From Candidatus Eiseniibacteriota bacterium (lineage in GTDB: Bacteria; Eisenbacteria; RBG-16-71-46; CAZAMP01): DNA of 64,000 nucleotides. Every line of letters starts with the position of its first letter. Position 1 is the first letter of the stretch. This document shows positions 18,381 to 30,431 of the stretch, piece after piece. The stretch spans positions 5,632,001 to 5,696,000 of the forward strand of contig OZ245046.1 of assembly GCA_965224245.1 (NCBI GenBank). Direction: 5' to 3'. The notes beneath the pieces were generated by a model. The model ran no database searches and was not told the DNA's origin. It saw nothing but the letters and a program-made list of their open reading frames with translations. Position numbers and translations under genes: made by a program.

Positions 18381-19529
18381 TCAGAGCGTACGCACGAAGT
18401 GCAGCTGCGCCTCGATGATCGGATAGCGCGCGTCGGCCGGATCGGTGAGCGCGAGCGCGCGCTCGAACTCGGCCTCCGCCTGACGGGTCTTGCCCTGCCG
18501 CCGGAGCACCCGGGCGAGCGACTCCCGGAGGCTCGCCTCCGCATCGGGGTACGTCTCGAGCCCGCGCTCCGCCTCGACCACCGCGAGGTCCATGATGTCG
18601 GGGAGCGGGTGCCGGAACGCCAGGTACAGGAAGTCCTCGAGCTGTTCGAGAGAGGCCGGGGGGAGAAAGTGCTCGCGGAGGTGCTCCAGGGCCCGCTCCT
18701 CGCGGCCGTCCGCCATCAGCGACCACGCGCGCACATACTGAAACTTCGCGTCGCTCTCGGCATCGGGATACATGGCCGCGAAGTCGTCCAGCAGGTGGAG
18801 CGCCGTCTTGTGGTCCTTGGCCACGCGCTGGTACCCGCGGGTGATGTTGGCCCATCGGGCCTGGCGCTGCAGAACGGCCAGCGAGTCGGCGTCGATTCCC
18901 GGAAGGTCGTCGGCCTCGAGCCCGAGAATCCGCTGGTAGGCCCGCTTGGCCAGCTGGGCCTGGCCGCGCGCCACGTAGAGATCGCCGAGCGCCATCCAGT
19001 CGGCGGGCAGGTCGCGGGTCCGGGCCTCGGCCTCGGCGGCCGCGAGCGGATCGTGACCTCCGGCCGCCCGTCGGAGCTGGGCCACGTAGTCCTCGGGGTA
19101 TCCCACGATGCTCCCGAGGAGCGTCCCGGCGCGCAGCCTGCCGCCGCCGGGCGCCGGGCGAACGACGAGCGTGGTCGGGGTCCCGGAGAACTGGATGCCC
19201 TGATCGCGCAGGAGCCGGTCGCCGTCCTCGTCGTACCCGTGGATCTCGACGACCGCCCAGTCCCGCGTGAGCTCCCGGATCTCGCCGGCGTCCGGGTTCC
19301 GCAGGAGATCCCGATCGAGGCGAATGCACGGCGGACACCAGTCGGGCTGGGTGATGACGAGCATCACCAGCCGGTCGGCCTCGCCGGCCGCCGCGACGAC
19401 CTCCTCCAGCGACTGGTCCGCGAGGGACGTGAACGTGACCTGGGCCTCGGCCGCCGATGCGATGAGACCGGCCGCCACGACCGTCGCGATGGTGGACGCG
19501 ACGCCGCGCCGATGGCGAGCACTCGTCAA
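18381..19529 (-). CDS. Secreted thioredoxin-fold (WCPPC) protein with TPR repeats
   Basis: Signal peptide, DWCPPC, GTPT loop, C-terminal TPRs; TTG start with AGGAGG RBS. Confidence 0.8.
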   Translation of the reverse strand: MTSARHRRGVASTIATVVAAGLIASAAEAQVTFTSLADQSLEEVVAAAGEADRLVMLVITQPDWCPPCIRLDRDLLRNPDAGEIRELTRDWAVVEIHGYDEDGDRLLRDQGIQFSGTPTTLVVRPAPGGGRLRAGTLLGSIVGYPEDYVAQLRRAAGGHDPLAAAEAEARTRDLPADWMALGDLYVARGQAQLAKRAYQRILGLEADDLPGIDADSLAVLQRQARWANITRGYQRVAKDHKTALHLLDDFAAMYPDAESDAKFQYVRAWSLMADGREERALEHLREHFLPPASLEQLEDFLYLAFRHPLPDIMDLAVVEAERGLETYPDAEASLRESLARVLRRQGKTRQAEAEFERALALTDPADARYPIIEAQLHFVRTL

Positions 19530-19770
19530 AGATGACCTCCTTGGGCCGGGTGAGACGTCGACGGTCGTTGGACCCGAGCGACCGATTGTAGTTCCGAACG
19601 CCGATCCGTCACACCCCGACCGGCGGGACGGTTCACCTCGGCCCGGAACGGTCGTCCGCGCGGCTGTCCGGACTGTCCGCGGGGTGTCCGCGGACGCGAC
19701 GCGGCGACACCCGCGTGCCCGGCCGGAGGCGGCGGGCCGGAACGTAATTGGTTTCTTCGGAATACATTAG

Positions 19771-19960
19771 CCCGGAGCGAGGAGTTGGCCGGGCCGCCCC
19801 GTGAGCGTGGCACGCGAGCTGCTTGAGAAGATTACGGGGCACCGGCGCCTGCCGGGGCTCCGAGCGCGTGCCAGAGCGATGACGCGCGCGCGCGGCATCG
19901 CGTTTCTCGCCGCGGCAACCGGCGAGAGTCGATTGCCTCCAGGGCCGAGTTCGGGGCATC
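19771..19960 (+). ncRNA. Candidate structured non-coding RNA or leader (unassigned family)
   Basis: Several nested stems with G-U pairs and a GCAA tetraloop on the + strand, an upstream AT-rich patch and a downstream terminator. Confidence 0.4.
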
Positions 19961-19979
19961 ACGGAACGGTCCAGGCACG

Positions 19980-20023
19980 GGGCGGGGGCGGCGTTTTCGG
20001 GACGCCCGCCTCCGCCCTTCTTT
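19980..20023 (+). terminator. Intrinsic terminator-like hairpin
   Basis: gggcgggggcgg(19980-19991)/ccgcctccgccc(20006-20017) followed by ttcttt. Confidence 0.6.
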
Positions 20024-20280
20024 CGTGGCGGTCGGTTCGGGCGGCGACGCCGCTCCGCCCGACACCGGTCAACCCGTGCGCGTCCGGTGTGATCGCACCG
20101 CCCGCGGTGTACCCGTCCCGCCATCATCCCGCGACGCGGTCGGTTGCCGCCCCCGAATCCCGGTGATAGGATGATCCGCTGGTAACGCCTAGTCACCGGC
20201 CCCCAAACGATTTCCGTCGCCCCCAAGGAACCCCTTGCGGTCCGTCCCTTGCTGACGACGGGCCCTCGAAGAGGCGGGAC

Positions 20281-23205
<2,925 letters not shown>

Positions 23206-23283
23206 TCACGCGCGGGACCGACACGTGCCCGGTGGGACGGCGCACTTCGCGGCTCGCCCCGTTGTCGAAGGGATGGACTCTCG

Positions 23284-24141
23284 ATGGACCAGCTGGCCGA
23301 CCTCGTGGATGTGAGGATGCTGGCGACCAGCGCACTGGCGTTCGCGCCACGAATCCTGGTCGCGTTCGCGGTTCTGTTCGGTTTCTGGTTGCTGTACCGG
23401 TTGACTCGACCGGTCGTGGCCGGGACGCTCCGCCGCAGCGGTCTCGAGAACACGTTCGTCACGCTGCTGGTGGATCGGATCTACCGGGGCGCGATGATGA
23501 TCTTCGGCGTGGTGATGGCGGCCGGCCAGGTCGGGATCGACGTTGCGGCCGCACTCGCGGGGATCGGCATCGCCGGCGTCGCGGTGGGGTTCGCGGCCCA
23601 GGACCTCCTGGCCAACATGATCGCCGGGTTCGTCATCATGTCCGACAAGCCGTTCAAGGTCGGGGACTTCATCACGGTCGACGACCAGTACGGCTCGGTC
23701 ACCGACATCACGCTCCGGTCCACGCGGATCCGGACGAATCGCAACACCTACGTCGTGCTGCCCAACCGGTCCATCATCGACACCATGCTGATCAACCACA
23801 CCAAGAACGGGGAGACCCGCGTCGACGTTCCGCTCGGGATCGCGTACAAGGAGGACATTCCGACCGCGCGAAAGGTACTGCTGGAAGCGGTGAAGGGACT
23901 GGACGGCGTGCTGGAGACACCGGCCCCCGCCGTCGCCGTCGTGGCGCTCGGCAACTCGAGCGTGGATCTCCAGGTGCGCGTCTGGATCCACGGGACGGCG
24001 AACGAGGTTCCGATCTCTTCGAACGTGCTGGAGACCTCGAAGCTCGCGCTGGACGCGGCGGGCATCCAGATTCCGTTCCCCCACCTGCAGCTGTTCGTGG
24101 ACGACGTTCAGGAACGCGTCGTCGAGAAGATCCGTCGCTGA
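23284..24141 (+). CDS. mscS: Small-conductance mechanosensitive channel
   Basis: Three TM segments, GFAAQDLLAN, KPFKVGD, GIQIPFP. Confidence 0.92.
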   Translation: MDQLADLVDVRMLATSALAFAPRILVAFAVLFGFWLLYRLTRPVVAGTLRRSGLENTFVTLLVDRIYRGAMMIFGVVMAAGQVGIDVAAALAGIGIAGVAVGFAAQDLLANMIAGFVIMSDKPFKVGDFITVDDQYGSVTDITLRSTRIRTNRNTYVVLPNRSIIDTMLINHTKNGETRVDVPLGIAYKEDIPTARKVLLEAVKGLDGVLETPAPAVAVVALGNSSVDLQVRVWIHGTANEVPISSNVLETSKLALDAAGIQIPFPHLQLFVDDVQERVVEKIRR

Positions 24142-24145
24142 TCCG

Positions 24146-26047
24146 TCACCGGCCGGTGTGGGCCGCCCCGGCGCCCGTGCAGACGCCGGTGTCGGGACCG
24201 ATGCGCCGGCCGCACGGGCTCGCGGCGGGAAGGCACGGCGACGTCGCGGACAGCGCGTAGTCGCCCCCGGACGTCGGCGCGTCGCCGGGGGGCGCCGGTG
24301 CGCAGAAGCGCGGATCCTCGAACAGGGACGTCTCGTAGACGACGCCCTCGTCGATCGCGCCCAGGGTGTCGACGGCCGAGCACGTGAACACGGCCGACAT
24401 GCCGGACAGGTTCTCGTAGAAGACGTTCGGGGCGCCGTCGATCGCCGCGTTGTTCCAGATCACCGTGCGCTCGAGCGTCACGCGAGCGGGGTATCTCACC
24501 TCGATGCCGCCCCCGACGCCGGCGCCCAGCGTCTCGTCGAGCGCCCCGGCCCGGTTGCCCGCGATCAGGCAGGCCTCGAACGTGGCGGGGGCCGACACCG
24601 AGATTCCTCCTCCTCCGGCGCCCGATACGTTTCCCGTGAACACGCAGCGCCTGACGATGGCCTCGGATCCCGACTCGAGGCTCAGTGCGCCGCCGATGTT
24701 GTCGGTGACGTTGGCTCGGAACACACAGTCCTCGATGAGCGGCGCAGCGCCGACCTCGGCCTCCAGGGCGCCACCGGAGTAGGCGCTGAAGCAGGTCTCG
24801 AACACACAGCCGCGAATGGTGGGTGCGGTGCCCGCGAATCGGAACACGATGGCCCCCCCGGACAGCTCGTGGCGTCGCTCGACAGCGGCGCCGCCGACCG
24901 CGGTTCCCATCCAGCCGTTCCGGACCGTGAACCCCTCGACGATCGTGTCGCGTCCCTCGCCGTTCTGGAACAGGAACGCGCGGTGAGGATTGCTCGGTCC
25001 GGCGGCCGCGTCGAGAATCGTCGACGTGGGTCCGTTCTCGCTCCGGATGACCAGGTTCTTGGGCCGCGGAGTCGTCGAGCGGCTCGGGTTCAGATCGACG
25101 TTGCCCGGTCCGGTGAAGACGCCGTCGGCGACGAGAACCGTGTCGCCGGCGTTGGCCGCGTCCATGGCCGCCTGGAGCGTGGGGTACTCCGCGGGAACCC
25201 GTCGCGCGCGGGGCACCAGCGCGCGGCGGTCGCCGAACACGCTCGGCGTGTTGTCTCGCACGTCGGCCCCGAGCTCCCGATCGCCGCGCACGTCCCGCGT
25301 GGCCGGCACGAAGTCCAGGTCGATCGCATGCGGGTGCGCGAACCACTCGTTGACGTCGACGTCGAGCACCACGTCGGTCGTGTCGCCGGCCACGACGTCC
25401 AGCGGTCCGATGGGTGCGCGGACCTCGGCGTGAAACGACTCCACCGGTCCGGCTCCGTCGTCGATGCGCCCCACGAGCACGTGGAACGCGTCGAAGGGAT
25501 CCCCGCCGTCGACCCGCGTTCGGTTCTCCCCCTCGATCATCAGGTGGTGATACCCTCCGCCGAGCTCGGCCGGCCAGCGCATCGCCTCCCAGTCCGGCGT
25601 CGCGGGCCATTGACCGCCCTGCGTCGGGTCGCGGTTGTCGGACTCGCCGAGTCCCAGGGTGAACGTGAGGAAGTCGACCGATCCGGGCGGAACGGTCGCT
25701 CGGAACGTCGTGGTGGTCGGACGCGCGACGTCCACGACGACCGCCGGGGCCTCGCCCCGCCGGTCGTCGCCGAGCCCTCGGCCGCCCGGCCCTCCGTCAC
25801 CCCGATCTCCGCCGACGACGTCGAGCCGCGAGACGATGTAGCGCAGCACACTGACGCGATACGGGTTGCCGACCTCGTTCACGTACTCGGCGCCGAGCTC
25901 GAACGGTGTTCCGGCGGCCACGTGTCGCAGCGTGACCCGTAGAACTGCGTCCGAGGCCGGGGGGCCGGGCGGCGTCGGCACCGTATCCTCGGAGCAACCC
26001 TGCGCCGCCACGAGCGCGAACGCCGTCGCGGCGACCGTCCGGGGCAC
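24146..26047 (-). CDS. Lipoprotein: MbnP-like domain fused to right-handed parallel beta-helix
   Basis: Lipobox AAQGC; MRWPAELGGGYHHLMIEG (MbnP-like); VPAEYPTLQAA...GDTVLVADG, GGAI/GGAL beta-helix repeats, DPRFC...SPC tail. Start uncertain (ORF extends to 26200). Confidence 0.75.
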   Translation of the reverse strand: MPRTVAATAFALVAAQGCSEDTVPTPPGPPASDAVLRVTLRHVAAGTPFELGAEYVNEVGNPYRVSVLRYIVSRLDVVGGDRGDGGPGGRGLGDDRRGEAPAVVVDVARPTTTTFRATVPPGSVDFLTFTLGLGESDNRDPTQGGQWPATPDWEAMRWPAELGGGYHHLMIEGENRTRVDGGDPFDAFHVLVGRIDDGAGPVESFHAEVRAPIGPLDVVAGDTTDVVLDVDVNEWFAHPHAIDLDFVPATRDVRGDRELGADVRDNTPSVFGDRRALVPRARRVPAEYPTLQAAMDAANAGDTVLVADGVFTGPGNVDLNPSRSTTPRPKNLVIRSENGPTSTILDAAAGPSNPHRAFLFQNGEGRDTIVEGFTVRNGWMGTAVGGAAVERRHELSGGAIVFRFAGTAPTIRGCVFETCFSAYSGGALEAEVGAAPLIEDCVFRANVTDNIGGALSLESGSEAIVRRCVFTGNVSGAGGGGISVSAPATFEACLIAGNRAGALDETLGAGVGGGIEVRYPARVTLERTVIWNNAAIDGAPNVFYENLSGMSAVFTCSAVDTLGAIDEGVVYETSLFEDPRFCAPAPPGDAPTSGGDYALSATSPCLPAASPCGRRIGPDTGVCTGAGAAHTGR

Positions 26048-26283
26048 GCGTTCGCGTCGCCGGCCGGGCCGGCGGCCACCCGGATGCGACGGAACCGGGC
26101 CGGAGTCCGTGGGGTGTGCCGAGGGCGTGGCGTCGCCCGGGACCTGCTTTGACCGGATCCCCGTCGAGTTGGTATTGTCGACGCGAACGATGTCGCGCAT
26201 TCAGCATCCCCCATGCTTCGGCTGACCTGCCCCGCGACGTGTCCACCCAGAGCCGGCCGCGGGTCGTCAAACAGGAGACATTC

Positions 26284-27840
26284 GTGATCGATCCCTCGAC
26301 GTTCCGACGTTCCGCTCTCGCATGGACGCTCGTACTCGCCATGACCGCAGGCTGCGGAGACGACGACGATCCCATGACCCCCGACGACGGTCCCGGCGCG
26401 ACCGGCTCGGCCACGGTGCGCATCGTACACGAGGTGGACGGGACCGGCTTCGCGCTGAACACACCGTACACGAACGCCACCGGCAACACCTACTCGGTGG
26501 CGAACCTCGAGTACGTCCTCTCGCGGGTCACGTTCACGAGCACCGCTGCCCGGGCGTTCGAGAGCGACGCCGCGTTCTACGTCTCGGCGGACGACACTGA
26601 TACGCACACGCTCGTCTTCGACGAGGTTCCCGCCGGCGACTACACGGCGGTGTCGTTCACGTTCGGTCTCGACGAGACCATGAACCGTGATCCCGATCAG
26701 GGCGGGACGCTGCCCCGCACGCCCGAGTGGGAGGCCATGCGCTGGCCCGCCACCTGGGGCGGCGGCTACCACTACATGAAGCTGGAAGGCACGTTCGAGA
26801 CCGACGACGCGGCCACCGAGAGCTTCGCCATGCACACGGGACGCCGGAACGCCACGTCGGACCCCACGTTCGGAACCGACCCCGCGCCCATCCCGCACTT
26901 CTTCACGGTCACGGTGCCCGGCTCGGCGTTCACCGTCGAGGACGACACGGACACCGACGTGTCGATCACGATGAACCTGAATGGGTGGTTCGAGGACCCG
27001 TACGCCTACGACCTCGACATGTACTCGCTGATGATCATGATGAACACGGCGGCCCAGAACATCCTGGAGGGGAACGGACCCAGCGTGTTCGGCGACCCCA
27101 GGAACGAGAACGCGGGCGCGCGCATCGACGTGGCGTTCGACCACGACGTGGCGGGAGCACCGCTCCTGTTCGACGCGATGGACTACACGACCGCCGAGGG
27201 CAACGACTACTCGGTGAAGACGCTTCGATACATCGTCTCGCGCGTCGAGCTGGTGAACGCGACCGGTGGCGTTGTGGCGGGTCCCCTGGTCCACTATCGC
27301 GACGCGTTCGAGGACGGGACGCGCGCGCTGTCGATCGAGCACGTACCGCCAGCATCGTACACGCAGCTCCGGATCACGTACGGGCTGGACGGCGAGCTGA
27401 ACAAGGACCCCGATCAGGGCGGAGACCTGCCCCAGACGCCCGAGTGGGAGGCCATGCGCTGGCCGACGCTCTGGGGCGGCGGCTACCACTACATGCAGCT
27501 CGAAGGTGACTTCCGGACCGAGGGCGACGACGTCGAGTCCTTTGCGACCCACACCGGCCGCCGCCACGCACAGGATGGCTGGGGCGGGCCGCCGGATCCC
27601 GAGCCCATCGAGCACTACGTGGACCTGACGTTCTCCGGCCTCGGTCTGGACGCCGCGAGCACCGACCACTGGGAGATCCGCATGGTCATGGACGTGAACC
27701 AGTGGTACGAGGACCCGATCGAGTACGATCTCGACATGTATCCACGGATGATGATGATGACCACCGCGGCGCAGGACATCCTCGAGGCGAACGCCGCGAC
27801 GGTCTTCCGCGTGGAGTCGGTCGCGGAGCTCTCGGAGTGA
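26284..27840 (+). CDS. Lipoprotein with two tandem MbnP-family (copper-binding) domains
   Basis: RBS aggag plus GTG; lipobox MTAGC; two copies of AMRWPxxWGGGYHYM(K/Q)LEG...HTGRR, 717 nt apart. Confidence 0.8.
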   Translation: MIDPSTFRRSALAWTLVLAMTAGCGDDDDPMTPDDGPGATGSATVRIVHEVDGTGFALNTPYTNATGNTYSVANLEYVLSRVTFTSTAARAFESDAAFYVSADDTDTHTLVFDEVPAGDYTAVSFTFGLDETMNRDPDQGGTLPRTPEWEAMRWPATWGGGYHYMKLEGTFETDDAATESFAMHTGRRNATSDPTFGTDPAPIPHFFTVTVPGSAFTVEDDTDTDVSITMNLNGWFEDPYAYDLDMYSLMIMMNTAAQNILEGNGPSVFGDPRNENAGARIDVAFDHDVAGAPLLFDAMDYTTAEGNDYSVKTLRYIVSRVELVNATGGVVAGPLVHYRDAFEDGTRALSIEHVPPASYTQLRITYGLDGELNKDPDQGGDLPQTPEWEAMRWPTLWGGGYHYMQLEGDFRTEGDDVESFATHTGRRHAQDGWGGPPDPEPIEHYVDLTFSGLGLDAASTDHWEIRMVMDVNQWYEDPIEYDLDMYPRMMMMTTAAQDILEANAATVFRVESVAELSE

Positions 27841-27847
27841 ACGACGC

Positions 27848-28945
27848 ATGATGCCGCGGCGCACCACGAGTACCCGATCGATCGGCGGCCTTCTCGCCGC
27901 CGTCTGCCTCGCGCTCGGCGCGTGCGCCTCGGACAAGACCACCGATCCGGATCCCCCGGCGACTGCCTGCGAGACCGACACGACGCCGATCGAGTTCACC
28001 GCCCCCGGCTTTCCGCCGATGGTGGTGCCCGAGGACAATCCCACCACGCCGGCCGGCGTCGCGCTCGGGCGGCGCCTCTTCTACGATCCCGTGCTCAGCG
28101 ACGACGGCACGCTGTCGTGCGGGGGCTGCCACCTGCCCTCGCACGCATTCGCCGACAGCGCGTCGCTCTCCCAGGGCATCACCGGCGAGACCGGCTCGCG
28201 AAACGCGCCGGCGCTGATGAACGTCGGGTGGTTCCGCGAGCTCTTCTGGGATGGTCGAGCCGGATCGCTGGAGGAGCAGATCGATGGACCCGTCACGCAC
28301 CCCAAGGAGATGGCCGCCGACTGGGACGAGGTGGTCGCCCGGGTCGCGGCCAGCGACGGCTACCTCGATTGCTTCGAGGCGACGTTCGGGGACCGGCAGA
28401 TCACGGCGGATCGGATCAAGAAGGCGATCGCCCAGTTCGAGCGCTCGTTCGTGTCGGCGAACGCTCCGTACGATCGCTGGCAGATCGGCGCCGGAGAGCT
28501 GAGCCCGGCGGCGGTTCGGGGCTGGCAGATCTTCTTCTCGGAGGTCGGGGACTGCTTCCACTGCCACGGCGTCAACGGTCTCTTCACCGACAACCGCTAC
28601 CACAACGTGGGGGTCGATTCGGTGATCGTGGACCCCGGCCTCGGCGGCATCACGGAGCGTCCCGAGCACGTGGGTCTCTTCAAGACCCCGTCGCTCCGGA
28701 ACGTCGAGCGAACGGCGCCGTACATGCACGACGGGCGGTTCCAGACCCTTCGCGAGGTCGTCGAGCACTACAACCACGGCGGCTTCCGGACGGCGACGGT
28801 GGATCCCCTGATCCGGGTGGGCGTCGGGCTCCAGCTCAGCGAGCAGCAGGTGTCCGATCTGGTCGAGTTTCTCCGGGCGCTCACCGACGACGACTTCTTC
28901 ACGAACCCCGACTACCAGGACCCGTCGGCCAGGGCGAGCGACTGA
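27848..28945 (+). CDS. Di-heme cytochrome c peroxidase family protein (MauG/MbnH-like)
   Basis: LGRRLFYDPVLS, CGGCH, RNAPAL, LFWDGRA, CFHCH, FKTPSLRNV..TAPYMHDG; lipobox LGAC. Confidence 0.92.
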   Translation: MMPRRTTSTRSIGGLLAAVCLALGACASDKTTDPDPPATACETDTTPIEFTAPGFPPMVVPEDNPTTPAGVALGRRLFYDPVLSDDGTLSCGGCHLPSHAFADSASLSQGITGETGSRNAPALMNVGWFRELFWDGRAGSLEEQIDGPVTHPKEMAADWDEVVARVAASDGYLDCFEATFGDRQITADRIKKAIAQFERSFVSANAPYDRWQIGAGELSPAAVRGWQIFFSEVGDCFHCHGVNGLFTDNRYHNVGVDSVIVDPGLGGITERPEHVGLFKTPSLRNVERTAPYMHDGRFQTLREVVEHYNHGGFRTATVDPLIRVGVGLQLSEQQVSDLVEFLRALTDDDFFTNPDYQDPSARASD

Positions 28946-29004
28946 GCGATCCCGCCGCCGCGATCTCTTGCGCCGGCTGTCGTTCGGTCGTGGATCTTCG
29001 GAGA

Positions 29005-29424
29005 TCAGTCGCCGGCGACGCGATCGAGCACGAGAAGGTGACTGGCGCCCCAGAGGTTCTCCTGCCGGAGCACGAGCGCATCGCCCTCGGCCGCGACCGC
29101 GAACGGTCCGTCGACGACGAGGCTCCGGTCGAACCCGCCGACGGTGGGGCCGGTGTCGACGAGCACCCAGGTGCCGTCGCGCTGCTCGAGACGGCCCGTG
29201 CCCGCGGGCGGGAAGTCGAACGACGCGCCCTCGAGCGAGTACCGCGTCCCGTCGGTCACCTCGATCCGGACCGGCCCCGACCGCTGGTGGGTCTCGCCGT
29301 CATCGCCGATCCACGTCCGGATGTAGGTGCCGGAGTACGTCTCACGGAGCCCCGCCGTGCATCCGGCGCAGGCAATTGCGGCACACGCGAGCACGAGTCG
29401 GAGCGACGATGAGCGAGAGAGCAT
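29005..29424 (-). CDS. Hypothetical lipoprotein
   Basis: MLSRSSSLRLVLACAAIACAGC lipobox; RBS AGGAGG upstream; small beta-rich mature domain. Confidence 0.6.
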   Translation of the reverse strand: MLSRSSSLRLVLACAAIACAGCTAGLRETYSGTYIRTWIGDDGETHQRSGPVRIEVTDGTRYSLEGASFDFPPAGTGRLEQRDGTWVLVDTGPTVGGFDRSLVVDGPFAVAAEGDALVLRQENLWGASHLLVLDRVAGD

Positions 29425-29504
29425 GCTGTCCTCCTGGGCGTCGCGTCCCCGGTGGCGTCGGCGGCGCGCCCTGGCCGATGCGCGGCCGGTGCCCGGATGC
29501 GAGA

Positions 29505-30371
29505 TCAGTCCGAGAGCTCGACCGTGACGGGCTGCCCTACTGAAACGGAGTGTGCCGCCGCGAAGTTCCCCATGTTGATCGCGAACGAGAGCCGTTCCCG
29601 GCTGTTGAAGTAGGCCAGGGGCCGGCCTTCGGGGACGTCGCCGAACGTCGCCACGAGCGGCAGATCCAGCCGCGTGTCCCCTATCCACACGTGCAGGAGC
29701 GTCGGCAACGGACCCCGCGCCTCCAGCTCGGCCCGCGTCAGATCCGTCCAGACGTTCCCGAACGCCTTGTCGAGCAGCAGCACCGCCGTGTGCCACGCGC
29801 CGTCCCGGAGCTCCGAGGTCGGGATCTCGAACGTGACGAGGCGCTCGGCGGAAGGCCCCGCGTCGGCGGGCTCGTACTGGCCCGCGGCCAGGACCGCGCC
29901 CGAGGGCGAGAACAGATCCCGGCCGTGAAACGTCGTCGACGGCGCCTCGACCGCAAACGCGGGGTTCGTGATCTCCCACGCGCCGACGAGGGGCCACTCG
30001 GCCAGCACGTGGGTCAGGAGACCGTTGTCCGGTGCGACGAAGAGCTGGCCGTTGGCGGTCTCGGCGACGATCGCCCGCCGCTCGGTCCCCACACCGGGAT
30101 CGATCACGCCGACGAACACGGTGCCGGCCGGAAACGTTCGGGCCGCCTCCTCGAGGTAGAAGGCGCCTTCACGGATGTCGAACGCGGTCACGTCGTGCGT
30201 CAGATCGACGATGCGCAGGGCGGGCTCGCGCGCGAGCATGATGCCCTTGCAGAGGGCCACCGCGTCGTCGCGCACGCCGAAGTCGCTCATGAACACGACC
30301 AGCCCCGTCGGCTCGAACGCGAGGGCCGCTGCCGGGAACATCACCGCCGCCACCGCGATCAGGCGTTTCAC
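29505..30371 (-). CDS. SAM hydroxide adenosyltransferase / DUF62 family protein with signal peptide
   Basis: SDFG, DLTHDV, VIDPGVGTERR, APDNGLL, STTFHGRDLF, FGNVWTD. Confidence 0.9.
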   Translation of the reverse strand: MKRLIAVAAVMFPAAALAFEPTGLVVFMSDFGVRDDAVALCKGIMLAREPALRIVDLTHDVTAFDIREGAFYLEEAARTFPAGTVFVGVIDPGVGTERRAIVAETANGQLFVAPDNGLLTHVLAEWPLVGAWEITNPAFAVEAPSTTFHGRDLFSPSGAVLAAGQYEPADAGPSAERLVTFEIPTSELRDGAWHTAVLLLDKAFGNVWTDLTRAELEARGPLPTLLHVWIGDTRLDLPLVATFGDVPEGRPLAYFNSRERLSFAINMGNFAAAHSVSVGQPVTVELSD

Positions 30372-30431
30372 GTCGGGCCTCCTCGGTCGTGCGGGGCGGC
30401 CAGCGCCACCCCGCGCGGCGAGCCGGTGGCG

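Noticed and set aside
19801-20166. 121-aa ORF in the gcvP upstream gap
   Set aside because: No recognisable motifs, Arg/Pro/Ala-rich shadow composition, and it runs through a terminator hairpin
19630-20280. Canonical glycine or SAM-I riboswitch upstream of gcvP
   Set aside because: The glycine aptamer cores (GGAGA...CCGAAG...CUCUCAGG) are absent. Only an isolated CGGCAACC resembles SAM-I, without the remaining consensus.
24146-28945. Methanobactin biosynthetic cluster
   Set aside because: No mbnA precursor, mbnB/mbnC or adjacent TonB receptor is visible; only MbnP/MbnH-like genes are present
29505-30371. Fluorinase/chlorinase
   Set aside because: It retains the TFHGRD His and the Asp/Arg positions typical of DUF62 hydrolases, and has no secondary-metabolite cluster context
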